A DNA stretch of 64,000 nt from Candidatus Latescibacterota bacterium. Lineage in GTDB: Bacteria; Latescibacterota; UBA2968; UBA8231. Below the pieces are notes generated by a model. That model saw only the letters and a list, made by a program, of their open reading frames with translations. It ran no database searches and was not told the origin of the DNA. The translations under genes and the position numbers were made by a program. Every line of letters starts with the position of its first letter. The stretch's first letter is position 1. The DNA is taken from positions 224,001 through 288,000 of the forward strand of contig CBDETY010000003.1 of the NCBI GenBank assembly GCA_965243025.1, in the 5' to 3' direction. Shown here piece by piece: positions 1 through 9,466 of this stretch.

Positions 1-548
1 ACCGCCGATGGATTCTCGAAGAGGTCCGGGGCAGCAGCGTGCTGAACCTGTTCGCCTACACCGGCGGCTTCGGACTGTGCGCGGCCCGAGGCGGGGCCGC
101 CGAGGTCGTCAACGTCGACAGCAGCCGCGCCAATCTCGAGTGGGCCCGCGAGAACGCCCGCCTCAACGGGCTGGAAGGGCACTCCATCGAGTTCGCCGCT
201 GTCGATGCGCGCCTGTTCATCCGGGGCTGCGGGCGCCGGGGGCGGCGGTTCGATCTGATCGTCTGCGATCCGCCTTCATTCTCGCGCGGCCGCGAGGGGG
301 TCTTCCGCATCGAACGGGACCTGTTCTCGCTCCTCGCCGACGCCGCTGCCCTGCTGCGGCCCGGGGGAAGGATGCTGGTCTGCAGCAACTACGAGAAGTG
401 GACGGCCCTTCGGTTCGAGCAGGTAGTTGCGGACGCGCTGAGGGGAAAGGGTGCGGTTCTGAAGCCGGCTGTCGAAGCGGATGCGGACTTCGAGGCGCCG
501 GGAGCCGAGCGCATCCTCAAGTCGGTGCTGGTCGCTGCGGCCGGGTGA
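1..548 (+). CDS. Class I SAM-dependent rRNA methyltransferase, RlmI/RlmK family (5' truncated by window edge)
   Basis: Motifs VLNLFAYTGGF, VVNVDSS and FDLIVCDPPSF; the frame is open to the left edge. Confidence 0.85.
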   Translation, partial: RRWILEEVRGSSVLNLFAYTGGFGLCAARGGAAEVVNVDSSRANLEWARENARLNGLEGHSIEFAAVDARLFIRGCGRRGRRFDLIVCDPPSFSRGREGVFRIERDLFSLLADAAALLRPGGRMLVCSNYEKWTALRFEQVVADALRGKGAVLKPAVEADADFEAPGAERILKSVLVAAAG

Positions 549-554
549 GGCCCG

Positions 555-1313
555 CTACAGTCTCCAGGTGTCGATTGCAGTGCCGCCGAAGATCCAGTCG
601 CGGTCCCCGGAGTCGAGGTCGGAGAAGTACTCCCTCGGAAAGGTGAGGGAGTTGTCGTAACCCTCCCGGGAGCTTACCGGGGGGTAGTCGCTGCCCCACA
701 TCAGTCGGCGGGGGCCGAACGCCTCCAGGGCCATGCGCGCCAGGGGAGGCACCTCCCGGAAGGGGTGGGGAAGCCGGCAGAACTCGCCGAAGCCGGGAAG
801 CTTCATCGTCAGGTTCGGGTACGAGGCAAGCTCCAGCACCTGGGTGAACTCGCTGTACGGGGGCTTCTCGTCCTGGCCGACCCCGCCGAGGTGCTCGATG
901 ACGATTTGCAGCTCCGTGAAGGTCTCGACGACCTCGCGGAAACGCGGGGACAGCAGGCTGGCGGGTGAGCAGAAGGCGCTGACCACGAGACCCAGCCCGG
1001 CAGCGGTGCGCCAGTGCGCGAGCGGGTCGGGGCAGGAAGCGCGCGAGTCGGCGAGCAGGCGGATGCCGCCGACACCCTGGTCCGCCCACCTGCGGATGGC
1101 GCTGCCGTCGTCGTCCTCAGCCACGATCATGGCCCCCTGGAGGCGGTCGGAGTGGGTGCCCAGGCAGTCGACAAGGTAGCTGTTGTCGCTGTTGCCGTTG
1201 TACTGGATGAGCACCGCCTTGTCGACCCCCGAGCGGTCCATGTGGAACAGCAGGTGTTCGATCGGCTCGTACTTGTGAATCCCGGTGTGGCAGTGGGTGT
1301 CGACGATATCCAT
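555..1313 (-). CDS. Amidohydrolase family protein (Amidohydro_2)
   Basis: N-terminal DTHCH, IEHLGG and RLMWGSDYP motifs. Confidence 0.85.
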   Translation of the reverse strand: MDIVDTHCHTGIHKYEPIEHLLFHMDRSGVDKAVLIQYNGNSDNSYLVDCLGTHSDRLQGAMIVAEDDDGSAIRRWADQGVGGIRLLADSRASCPDPLAHWRTAAGLGLVVSAFCSPASLLSPRFREVVETFTELQIVIEHLGGVGQDEKPPYSEFTQVLELASYPNLTMKLPGFGEFCRLPHPFREVPPLARMALEAFGPRRLMWGSDYPPVSSREGYDNSLTFPREYFSDLDSGDRDWIFGGTAIDTWRL

Positions 1314-1382
1314 GGTCGCCCTGTGTTGTGGCTCTCCCCGGCCAGCGGTCAGCCGGTGCGCCCGGAGCCAGCTCCCGGAATA

Positions 1383-2159
1383 TCAGTTGAGGTCCGGGCC
1401 GGCGGAGGTCGCCAGCTCGTCTGCGAGCTGGCGGTAGTTGCTGGCTCCTGTCGAACGCGGCTCGTGCAGGATGACGGGCTTGCCGAAGCTGGGGGCCGAG
1501 GCGAGGCTGACGTTGCGCTTGATCCGGGTGTCGTAAACCTTGTCCTCGAAGTAGGACCTGACTTCGGCCGCCACCCGCTTGGAAAGCTGCAGGCGCTCGT
1601 CGTACATCGTCAGGAGGACGCCTTCCACCTGGAGGTCGGGGTTGAGGTAGCGCTGCACGAGCTGCACCGAGTTGAGCAGCTTGCTCAGCCCTTCGAGGGC
1701 GTAGTACTCGCACTGCACCGGGATCAGCACCGAGTCGGCCGCGGACAGGGCGTTGACCGTCAGCAGCCCGAGGGATGGGGGACAGTCGAGGATAACGAAA
1801 TCGTAGTTGCCCTTAACTTCCTTCAGGGCTTCGGCGAGCTTCTTTTCGCGTCCGAAGACCGAGGCCATCTCGACCTCGGCTCCGGCCAGGCTGATGTTGG
1901 AGGGTACCAGCTCGAGATCGGGGATTTCACTCGAGCAGATCACGCCCTCGAGCGGGGCCTGGCCTACCAGCACTTCGTAAACGGAGCCGTCGTATCGCTC
2001 GAGGCCGGCTTCGCAGCCGCTGGTGGCGTTTGCCTGGGGGTCGAGATCGACGAGGAGGGTTCTGCGTCCGTTGGCGGCGAGGCAGGCCGACAGGTTGACC
2101 GCTGTGGTCGTCTTGCCCACGCCGCCCTTCTGATTGGCGATTGCGATGACTTTCCCCAT
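1383..2159 (-). CDS. parA: ParA/Soj family ATPase
   Basis: Deviant Walker [12 protein letters not shown], plus [18 protein letters not shown] and [11 protein letters not shown]. Confidence 0.95.
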   Translation of the reverse strand: MGKVIAIANQKGGVGKTTTAVNLSACLAANGRRTLLVDLDPQANATSGCEAGLERYDGSVYEVLVGQAPLEGVICSSEIPDLELVPSNISLAGAEVEMASVFGREKKLAEALKEVKGNYDFVILDCPPSLGLLTVNALSAADSVLIPVQCEYYALEGLSKLLNSVQLVQRYLNPDLQVEGVLLTMYDERLQLSKRVAAEVRSYFEDKVYDTRIKRNVSLASAPSFGKPVILHEPRSTGASNYRQLADELATSAGPDLN

Positions 2160-2381
2160 GTACCGCCCGCTTCCTCCGGTGGATTGGCTGCACGAAACGA
2201 TCCCGTCCAGCCCGCGCGCCGAGGGAACAGGTCAATCGCGAGGGAAAGGTATGTCGGGTTATTTCCGTGGAACCAGGTAGAAAAGTCTCGCTGCCGCCGA
2301 CGAGACAGGAGGGCAATATATGGCGGTTTCAGGGGAAATTGCAACAGTGTTATCGCCGTGCACCGGAACGAGAGGAAAGGA

Positions 2382-2783
2382 ATGGAATTCAACGATGACT
2401 GCACGGTCGTGGCCGAGCTGAAGGCCCGGGTTCGCGAGTTCGTGACCGCCCGGGACTGGGACCAGTTTCACCATCCCAAGGACCTCGCCATCGGGCTTGC
2501 GATCGAGGCTGCGGAGCTGCTCGAGCAGTTCCGCTTTCGCAGCAACGAGGAGGTCGAGGGCATGATGGCCGATCCCGGACAGCGGCAGCGTGTCGCCCAC
2601 GAGCTGGCCGACGTCCTGTACTTCGTGTTGCTGATGTGCGCCAACCTCGGACTGGACGCGAGTTCGATCCTGGCGGAAAAGCTGGAGCTGTCCGCGCAGC
2701 GGTACCCGGTCGAGGAAGCCCGGGGACGCAACCTCAAGTACACCGAGCTGCCGGCAGGGGCCGGCCGGAAGGAGGAGGAATGA
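2382..2783 (+). CDS. MazG-like (dCTP pyrophosphatase-type) nucleotide pyrophosphohydrolase
   Basis: RDWDQFHHPKDLAIGLAIEAAELLEQF...ELADVL; RBS aaagga before ATG 2382. Only the C-terminal part of ORF 1014..2783 looks real. Confidence 0.85.
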   Translation: MEFNDDCTVVAELKARVREFVTARDWDQFHHPKDLAIGLAIEAAELLEQFRFRSNEEVEGMMADPGQRQRVAHELADVLYFVLLMCANLGLDASSILAEKLELSAQRYPVEEARGRNLKYTELPAGAGRKEEE

Positions 2784-3616
2784 GCGCGCCGGGCTCCAAT
2801 ACCGAACGCCTGGTAGAGATCATGGCGCGGCTGCGCGCCCCGGACGGCTGCCCCTGGGACCGCGAGCAGACCCACGCCACCCTCAAACCGTTCCTCCTTG
2901 AGGAGGCGTACGAGCTGCTCGAGGCGATCGACTCCGGCAGCGACCGTGAGCTGATCGGGGAGCTGGGGGACGTTCTCCTGCAGGTGATATTCCATGCCCG
3001 GATCGCCGCCGAGGAGAAGCGCTTCACGATCGACGACGTCGCCGCGGCGATCGCCGACAAGCTGGTTCGTCGCCACCCGCACGTATTCGGCAGCACCGAG
3101 GTCGAGGACGCGGACGAGGTCGTCACCAACTGGGAGCGGATCAAGAGAGCGGAGCGGAAGGTGAGCCGCGAGCATCCGGTTTCGGCGCTCGACGGCGTGC
3201 CCGCGGAGCTTCCGGCGTTGCTGCGCGCGCAGCGAATCCAGGAGAAGGCCTCGAAGACGGGGTTCGACTGGGAACATGCCGGGGGTGCACTCGACAAGGT
3301 CGCCGAAGAGTTCGAGGAGTTGCGCCGGGAACTGGGGGCGAAGGAGGGGATCCCGGGTTCCGTCGGATCAAAAACCGGCCAAGGCGAGGGCCGCCGCGTA
3401 GAGGAAGAGATGGGGGACCTGCTGTTCGCCCTTGTCAACGTCGGACGCTTCCTGCGCCTCTGTCCCGAGGAAGCGCTGCGGCGGGCGGTCGCGAAGTTCG
3501 AGCGCAGGTTCCGCACCGTCGAGGAGCGCTTCCGTGACGCCGGCCGCGAGCTCGAGGATGCCTCGCTCGAGGAGATGGACCGCGTCTGGGAGGAGGTGAA
3601 GGACTCGGAAGTGTGA
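2780..3616 (+). CDS. mazG: Nucleoside triphosphate pyrophosphohydrolase MazG
   Basis: LRAPDGCPWDREQTH, EEAYE, ELGDVLLQ, DKLVRRHPHVF and a second MazG domain; ATGA overlap with the upstream gene. Confidence 0.95.
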   Translation: MSAPGSNTERLVEIMARLRAPDGCPWDREQTHATLKPFLLEEAYELLEAIDSGSDRELIGELGDVLLQVIFHARIAAEEKRFTIDDVAAAIADKLVRRHPHVFGSTEVEDADEVVTNWERIKRAERKVSREHPVSALDGVPAELPALLRAQRIQEKASKTGFDWEHAGGALDKVAEEFEELRRELGAKEGIPGSVGSKTGQGEGRRVEEEMGDLLFALVNVGRFLRLCPEEALRRAVAKFERRFRTVEERFRDAGRELEDASLEEMDRVWEEVKDSEV

Positions 3617-3664
3617 GGGGCGGCGTCCCGGCACCCCCACACGGCCTTGAAGGGGAGGCTGCCC

Positions 3665-6016
3665 TCACCCGAGGCGATAGCCGACGCGGGACTCGTTGAA
3701 GAGGTAGATGGGGTTGTTGGCGTGGTCTCCGAGCTTCCGGCGGAGGTTCTTGACGGCGGCGCGCAACGGCCGCAGGTCCGTGTGGGAGGGGCTCCAGACC
3801 CTTTGCAGCAGGTGATCGTAGGTCACCACCCGGCCGGCGTGAATCGACAGCTCCGCCAGCAGGCGATACTCGATGTCGGTCAAGCGCACGCGCTGTCCGG
3901 ACACGGCCACACTGCGTCCGGCGTAGTCGATGGTCAGCTCTCCCAGCACAAACGGTTGGGTGGGCTCGGACGGGCCGGCGTCCGCCCGCTTGCGCAGGGC
4001 CGCGCGGATCCGTGCGGCCAGTTCCGTCCCAGAGAAGGGCTTGACCATGTAGTCGGCCGCCCCGGAGTCGAAGGCCCGGGCGATCACTTCGTCCTGGCCG
4101 TAGGCGGACAGGAAGATGACGGGCGCATTCGATGTCCTGGACAACTCCTGCATCAATTCGACGCCGTCGATGCCGGGCAGCACCAGGTCTAGCAACACCA
4201 GTTGGGGGTGGTGTTTTTTCATGAGGCCGGCCACCTCCCCGGGGTCGGCGGTCACGACGGGAACAAAGCCTGATTTGCGAAGGGAATCCCGCACGGTGCG
4301 CAACGTTTGCGGGTCGTCGTCCACCACAAGGATGCGCGTTCCATCCCGTTTCGCCTGCCCCCTGCTGCCCGTCGTCCGCGCCGGACCTGAAGCGGGTGCA
4401 TCCCTGGCTTCTTCGGCCAGGGGAAGGGTGAAGGTGAAGCGTGTGCCCTTGCCCACCCCGTCGCTGTCGGCCCAGATGCGTCCTCCATGGGCCTCGACAA
4501 TGCCTCTGCAGATAGCCAAGCCCAGCCCTGTCTCCTCCTCGCCGGCGAACCGGTCTGGTTCCTTGCGCCTGGGGAATTTCCGGAACAGATGCGGCAGGCG
4601 CTCCGCCGCCACGCCTTTCCCAAGGTCGGCCATCGAGACCTCCAGGTGGACACCCTCCCTGACCGCCGTGATCCGGACGGTGGTCGACTCGGGGGAGTGC
4701 CGGGCTGCGTTGTCCAGCAGGTTGCCCAGGACTTGCACGATGCGCCGCTGATCTGCCATCACCCGAGGCAGATCCGGAGGCAACTCGATGCACAGGGGAT
4801 GCCGGCCGCCGCCGCTGAGGAAGGCATTCCGGGCTTCGTCCACCAGATCGGCCAGAGAGACTGGCTCGGGATGAATCGGAAGGGTACCCGTTTCAATTCG
4901 CGCCACGTCCAGCAGGTCGTGGATCAAGTCTGTCATGCGGTCGGCCTGCTGATTGATGATGCGAAAGAACGGGGCCATCTCGACCGCATCCAGGTTCGCA
5001 GTGCCGCCCAGCACGGTCACCGCGGCCCCCTTGATGGCCGCCAGCGGGGTGCGCAGCTCGTGGCTGACAACGGCAAGGAACTCGGCCCGGAGCATCTCCT
5101 GCTCCTCCAAGGGCTTCATATCCTGCAGAGTGACGACATATGCCTCGATGTTGCCTTCCTCGGAGCGGATGGGCGTGGCGTTGATCAAGACGGTGATTTC
5201 TCGCCCGTCGGGGACTGAAAAGACGATCTCCTCGGCGCGCACCGAGTCCCCGGCCTGCAGGGCCTCCGTCAGAAACGGGGTTCCGAGGGGGATCTCACTG
5301 CCGTCGCCCCTGCGGACGGTCATGGTTTCCATCAACTGATCCACGGACAGCTCCGGGGCGAGGCCCTTCACAAGCCGCATCGCCTCCCGGTTGGACGACA
5401 CCGGTGTGGCCGTACGGCCGTCGATGACCATGACGCCTATGGGCGAGGTGTCGATCAAGGTCTCCAGGTCCGCACGCGCCCGCTGCTCGTCCCGGTGTCG
5501 CCTGGCGTTGGCGATGACCAGGGCCGCCTGAGAGGAGAACATCGCCAGAGTCTCTTCGTCTTCCCGGGTGAACTCCTGTCCGGGTTCCTTCTTGCCGAGA
5601 TAGATGTTTCCCTTCCACTCTCCCTGGTGATTGATGGGGGCCGCCAGGAAGGCGCTCATCCGGGTGGGCAGGCGGAACTCGGAGATCCCCAGCAGTCGGG
5701 TGTAGGTGGCGAAGTCCCGGACTCTCCTCGGTGCCGGAATTCGGCAGAACTTCTCGTTTTTTGTCGTCTCCCAGATTTGGTGCCTCTCCTCGAAAGTCAG
5801 ACCGGAGGCAATGAAGTCTTCCACCTGCCCTGACCCGTCGAAGGTGGTGATCACGCCGTAACGGGCCTCGGTCAGGGACCGGGCGCTGTCCAGGACCCCC
5901 TGCAACACGGTCTCGACATCGAGACTCTCGTTGATGCGCAGGCTCGCCTGGCTCAATCGCGACAGGCGTTCCCGAAGGGTCTTGACCTCTCGTTCAAGGG
6001 CTTCGACTGGCAGCAT
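3665..6016 (-). CDS. Soluble hybrid sensor kinase/response regulator (GAF-PAS-HisKA-HATPase-REC-OmpR-type wHTH), paralog 1
   Basis: H-box SHELRTPL, N-box NLLDNA, GLGLAIC, receiver VVDDD...LLDLVLPG...KPF, KdpE-like tail LRRKLGD...VGYR; no TM segment seen; start 6016 follows ggag. Confidence 0.9.
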   Translation of the reverse strand: MLPVEALEREVKTLRERLSRLSQASLRINESLDVETVLQGVLDSARSLTEARYGVITTFDGSGQVEDFIASGLTFEERHQIWETTKNEKFCRIPAPRRVRDFATYTRLLGISEFRLPTRMSAFLAAPINHQGEWKGNIYLGKKEPGQEFTREDEETLAMFSSQAALVIANARRHRDEQRARADLETLIDTSPIGVMVIDGRTATPVSSNREAMRLVKGLAPELSVDQLMETMTVRRGDGSEIPLGTPFLTEALQAGDSVRAEEIVFSVPDGREITVLINATPIRSEEGNIEAYVVTLQDMKPLEEQEMLRAEFLAVVSHELRTPLAAIKGAAVTVLGGTANLDAVEMAPFFRIINQQADRMTDLIHDLLDVARIETGTLPIHPEPVSLADLVDEARNAFLSGGGRHPLCIELPPDLPRVMADQRRIVQVLGNLLDNAARHSPESTTVRITAVREGVHLEVSMADLGKGVAAERLPHLFRKFPRRKEPDRFAGEEETGLGLAICRGIVEAHGGRIWADSDGVGKGTRFTFTLPLAEEARDAPASGPARTTGSRGQAKRDGTRILVVDDDPQTLRTVRDSLRKSGFVPVVTADPGEVAGLMKKHHPQLVLLDLVLPGIDGVELMQELSRTSNAPVIFLSAYGQDEVIARAFDSGAADYMVKPFSGTELAARIRAALRKRADAGPSEPTQPFVLGELTIDYAGRSVAVSGQRVRLTDIEYRLLAELSIHAGRVVTYDHLLQRVWSPSHTDLRPLRAAVKNLRRKLGDHANNPIYLFNESRVGYRLG

Positions 6017-6086
6017 TCTCTTTTCTCCCAAAGTGTAACCCTTGTGAAGTCCTGAGCCATCAACAGGCTCGGTTTCTGCAAAATTT

Positions 6087-6115
6087 AGAATATCATAGAA
6101 AAATCATCAGGACAA
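6087..6115 (-). promoter_or_regulatory. Putative sigma-70 promoter for hybrid kinase 1
   Basis: Minus strand TTGTCC-N17-TATTCT with an extended -10 TG, in AT-rich DNA ~70 bp upstream of the start. Confidence 0.45.
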
Positions 6116-6236
6116 GCCACAAAATTCATTTTCCCCTCATACATTCGCAATACCTTATGTAACACTATCTGCAACATAGCACAAAGCGATGAACCGTATG
6201 GAACCGAGAGAGAAATCACACGAGAGAGTAAATCAG

Positions 6237-6470
6237 ATGATGAAGAGGCTTCCGTTGATCCTCATGGCTTGGTTGTTGGCCACGGTCCTGTTCGACCAGG
6301 AGAGCCGCGCCCGGGATTGTACCAGCTTGAATCTGCCCGACGGCTCCCTCGCCCGTCCGGGCAAAGGAACCTTCGGAGGGCTTGACCGAGCGGTGGCCTG
6401 TTCGCCGGACGGCACGCGGCTGGCGGCGGCCAGCGGCATGGGTACCTGGCTGTGCGATCTGAAGAGGAGC
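6237..6470 (+). pseudogene. N-terminal fragment of a secreted WD40-repeat protein
   Basis: Signal-like MKRLPLILMAWLLATVLF, then LPDGSLARPGKG...VACSPDGTRLAAASGMGTWLCD (one blade); similarity ends and the frame runs antisense into the next gene. Confidence 0.6.
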
Positions 6471-6533
6471 GAACCGCGAATCGAAAGGGGGGGAGGGTGG
6501 AAATGGACGAACCCTCCCGCAAAGGGCCGCGGT

Positions 6534-8915
6534 TTACCCGGGATCCTGTCCCGGTTCCTGGCTTTTCGGCATGCGGTAGCCGACGCGGCGCTCGACGAAC
6601 AAGTAGGTGGGGTTGGCCGCGTTGTCGTTGAGCTTGATGCGCAGTCTTCTCACGAGGGTGCGGACCACGCGCATATCCCCGGAGTGGGCCGGGCCCCAAA
6701 TCCTTCTCAGCAGCTGGTTGTGGGTGACCACGCGTCCGGCGTTAGCGGACAGCTCGAGGAGCAGGTCGTACTCGGCGGCGGTCAGGTCCAGGGTACGGCC
6801 GGCCAGGGTGACGCGGCGTTCGACGTAGTCGATGGTCAGATCCCCCGACACATAGGATTCGGCCGACTCGGTCGAAGTCCCCGCCTCCCCCTTCCGTAAA
6901 GCCGCCCGGACCCGGGCTACCAGCTCCGTCGGCGAAAAGGGCTTGCGGATGTAATCGGAGGCCCCCGACTCCAAAGCCCGCGAAACGATCTCGTCGCCGC
7001 CGTAGCCGGACAGGAAGATGACGGGTATGTCGGTCATGCAGAGGAGATCCTTCATCAGCTCGAGCCCGTCGACTCCGGGCAGCACGAGGTCGAGCAGGAC
7101 CAGGTGGGGCTTGTGCTGCTTCATGAGGACCGGCACCTGTTCCGGGTCGGCGGTGGCTATCGGGTCGAACCCCGCTTCGGTAAGCGCGTGCCGCACGTAC
7201 CGGAGCGTCTGCGGGTCGTCGTCGACCACGAGGATGCGCGATCTCCGTTTCCCCCTTTTGGGCGAACCTCGGGAGGCAGAGTCCCCGTCGCAGGCATCTC
7301 TGACGGCCGGAATCGTGAACGTGAACCGTGCTCCCTGCCCGGGCCCGTCGCTCTCGGCCCAGATGCGGCCCCCGTGGGCTTCCACCACCCCCTTGCATAT
7401 TGCCAGGCCCCGGCCCGACCCGCCGTTCGAGTCGGCCGGGGCGAGCTTACGGAACAGGTGCGGCAGCTGTTTGGCGGACAGGCCCTGGCCCTCGTCGGCG
7501 ACACACACGGCCACGTGGAGGTCCTGCCGGACGGCGGTCACCTGGATGGGGGAGGAATCCGGCGAGTGCCGGGCGGCGTTGGACAGCAGGTTGCCCAACA
7601 CCTGGACGATGCGCCGCCGGTCCGCCATCACCAGAGGCAGGTCCGGCGCCAGGTAGATGTGGAGGTTGTCCCGACCCCCTCCGCTCAGGAAGATGTTCCG
7701 GGCCCGGTCCACCATGGCCGGGACCTCCGCGGCTTCGGGAGCGATCTGCAGCCTGCCGGTCTCGATGTGGGCGGCATCGAGCAGGTCGCCGATCAGCTCG
7801 CGCATGGACTCGGCCTGCTCGAAGATGATCCGGTGGAATTGGCGAACCTCGGCCGGGTCCAGCTCCGAGGAGGGGTTCAGCAGGGCGTTGGCCGAGCCCA
7901 GGACCGAGGTCAGCGGAACCCGCAACTCGTGGCTGACCGTTCCCAGGAAGTCGGTCCGCAGCCGCTCCAGTTCCTCCAAGTGCTCCAAGTCCTGCATGGT
8001 CACGACATAGGACTCGATTTCCCCCTCCCCCGAGGGGATGGGCGTGGCGTTGATCAGCGTGGTGACCGAGCGTCCGTCCGGCACCTGGATGACGATCTGC
8101 TCGGCGCGCACCGTCTCCCCGACGCTCAACGCCTGGGTCATGGGCAACTCTTGCAGGGAGATCTCCCGCCCGTCGGCACGCCGGTAGGTCACGACTTCGA
8201 GGAGCTGCTCGTAGAGTTGTTCCGGATTGCGCAGACCCTCGACAATCCGCCTCGCCTCCCGGTTGAACGATTTGGGCGCGCCCGTCCTGACATCGAAAAC
8301 CACTATGCCTACCGGGGACGTGTCGATCAAGGTTTCGAGGTCGGTCTTGGCCCGCTGTTCCTGCCGGTACCGGCGGGCGTTGGCGATCACCAGCGCCGCC
8401 TGCGAGGCGAAAAGGACCAGGGTATCCTCGTCTTCCCCGGTGAACGCCCGCCCGGCTTCCTTTCCCCCCAGGAAGAGGTTGCCGGCCCGCTCGCCCCGAT
8501 GGAAGATCGGCGCGGCCAGAAAGGAGAGGACCGGGCCTGCAGACAGGGGAATATGCGGCTCCGGCAGGCCCCGAGACCGGAGGTGTCCGAGCAGGTCGGG
8601 GAGCCGGAGGGGGGAGGGAAGGTTGCCGAGATACTCGTAGAGCCGCATCCCCTCGGACATGCCCAGGACACGCCGCTCTTCTTCGGCCGTAATCCCCGAA
8701 GAGAGAAATTCCCGGGGACAACCCGACTCGTCGAGCACGGTCATCACCCCATACCGGGCTCCCGTCAGCGACCGGGCCGAGTCCAGGACCCCCTGCACCA
8801 CCGTGTCGAAGTCGAGGCTCTCGTTGATGCGCAGGCTGGCCTCGCTCAACCGGGACAGGCGCTCACGCAGAGCCTGTATCTCCCGATCGCGTCGGGTGGC
8901 TCTATTCGACTTCAC
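6534..8915 (-). CDS. Soluble hybrid sensor kinase/response regulator (GAF-PAS-HisKA-HATPase-REC-wHTH), paralog 2
   Basis: Collinear with 3665..6016: LRERLSRLSEASLRINESLD, SHELRVPL, NLLSNA, VVDDD, LLDLVLPG, VGYRMPK. Confidence 0.9.
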   Translation of the reverse strand: MKSNRATRRDREIQALRERLSRLSEASLRINESLDFDTVVQGVLDSARSLTGARYGVMTVLDESGCPREFLSSGITAEEERRVLGMSEGMRLYEYLGNLPSPLRLPDLLGHLRSRGLPEPHIPLSAGPVLSFLAAPIFHRGERAGNLFLGGKEAGRAFTGEDEDTLVLFASQAALVIANARRYRQEQRAKTDLETLIDTSPVGIVVFDVRTGAPKSFNREARRIVEGLRNPEQLYEQLLEVVTYRRADGREISLQELPMTQALSVGETVRAEQIVIQVPDGRSVTTLINATPIPSGEGEIESYVVTMQDLEHLEELERLRTDFLGTVSHELRVPLTSVLGSANALLNPSSELDPAEVRQFHRIIFEQAESMRELIGDLLDAAHIETGRLQIAPEAAEVPAMVDRARNIFLSGGGRDNLHIYLAPDLPLVMADRRRIVQVLGNLLSNAARHSPDSSPIQVTAVRQDLHVAVCVADEGQGLSAKQLPHLFRKLAPADSNGGSGRGLAICKGVVEAHGGRIWAESDGPGQGARFTFTIPAVRDACDGDSASRGSPKRGKRRSRILVVDDDPQTLRYVRHALTEAGFDPIATADPEQVPVLMKQHKPHLVLLDLVLPGVDGLELMKDLLCMTDIPVIFLSGYGGDEIVSRALESGASDYIRKPFSPTELVARVRAALRKGEAGTSTESAESYVSGDLTIDYVERRVTLAGRTLDLTAAEYDLLLELSANAGRVVTHNQLLRRIWGPAHSGDMRVVRTLVRRLRIKLNDNAANPTYLFVERRVGYRMPKSQEPGQDPG

Positions 8916-9466
8916 CGCATCCTTTCGAACCGGGTTCTCTGCTCAGGTAAGTCGTTTAGGCTTTCCGCTGGGTCTCTGAAACCCGAGTCGGGAACCGGAC
9001 AGAGACCGGTCTGGGCAGATGGGATCCAGGGAGGGAGGAGACCCCGTCAAGCCTCCAATGTCATCTAAAAATGATTTTTTAACCCCGAAATATCATCCAA
9101 GGATCACGAAACATTCAGTATTATTAATTTGCATCATCAGGTCACCATTCCGAAGTCCTCCGTTGCCTTTTCAGCGAATGATACGTTCGATTCGATTTGA
9201 CGACAACTCATTCTCCAAAGGGTGGAAAACGAGAATTGGATGCGCAAAGAATTCAGGCGTTTACGCAATCACCAGAGGTAGTTAACCCATATTATAAGGA
9301 AAGAGAAAAGTGCCCCTCAAGATCCTGGAAAGCGCGACTGCGGTACGCAGGAGGTACTTACCCCGGATTTGCCTTCGCCAAATCATTGGTTTCGTGAGTC
9401 GTTGTGGAACAACGAACCCACTGGAAAACCTTACGACGCGGGACGTGATCCTTTTTTGAGTACGAA

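Noticed and set aside
1014-2381. N-terminal extension of the 589-aa ORF
   Set aside because: Antisense shadow of parA and the amidohydrolase; the real gene starts at 2382.
3610-3640. attL-like copy of the ssrA 3' end marking the far island border
   Set aside because: gtgtgaggggcggcg is only a weak match to ggtggaggcggcggg. No convincing direct repeat or integrase was found, so the island borders are approximate.
7104-9068. 654-aa plus-strand ORF
   Set aside because: Antisense shadow of hybrid kinase 2, typical of high-GC DNA.
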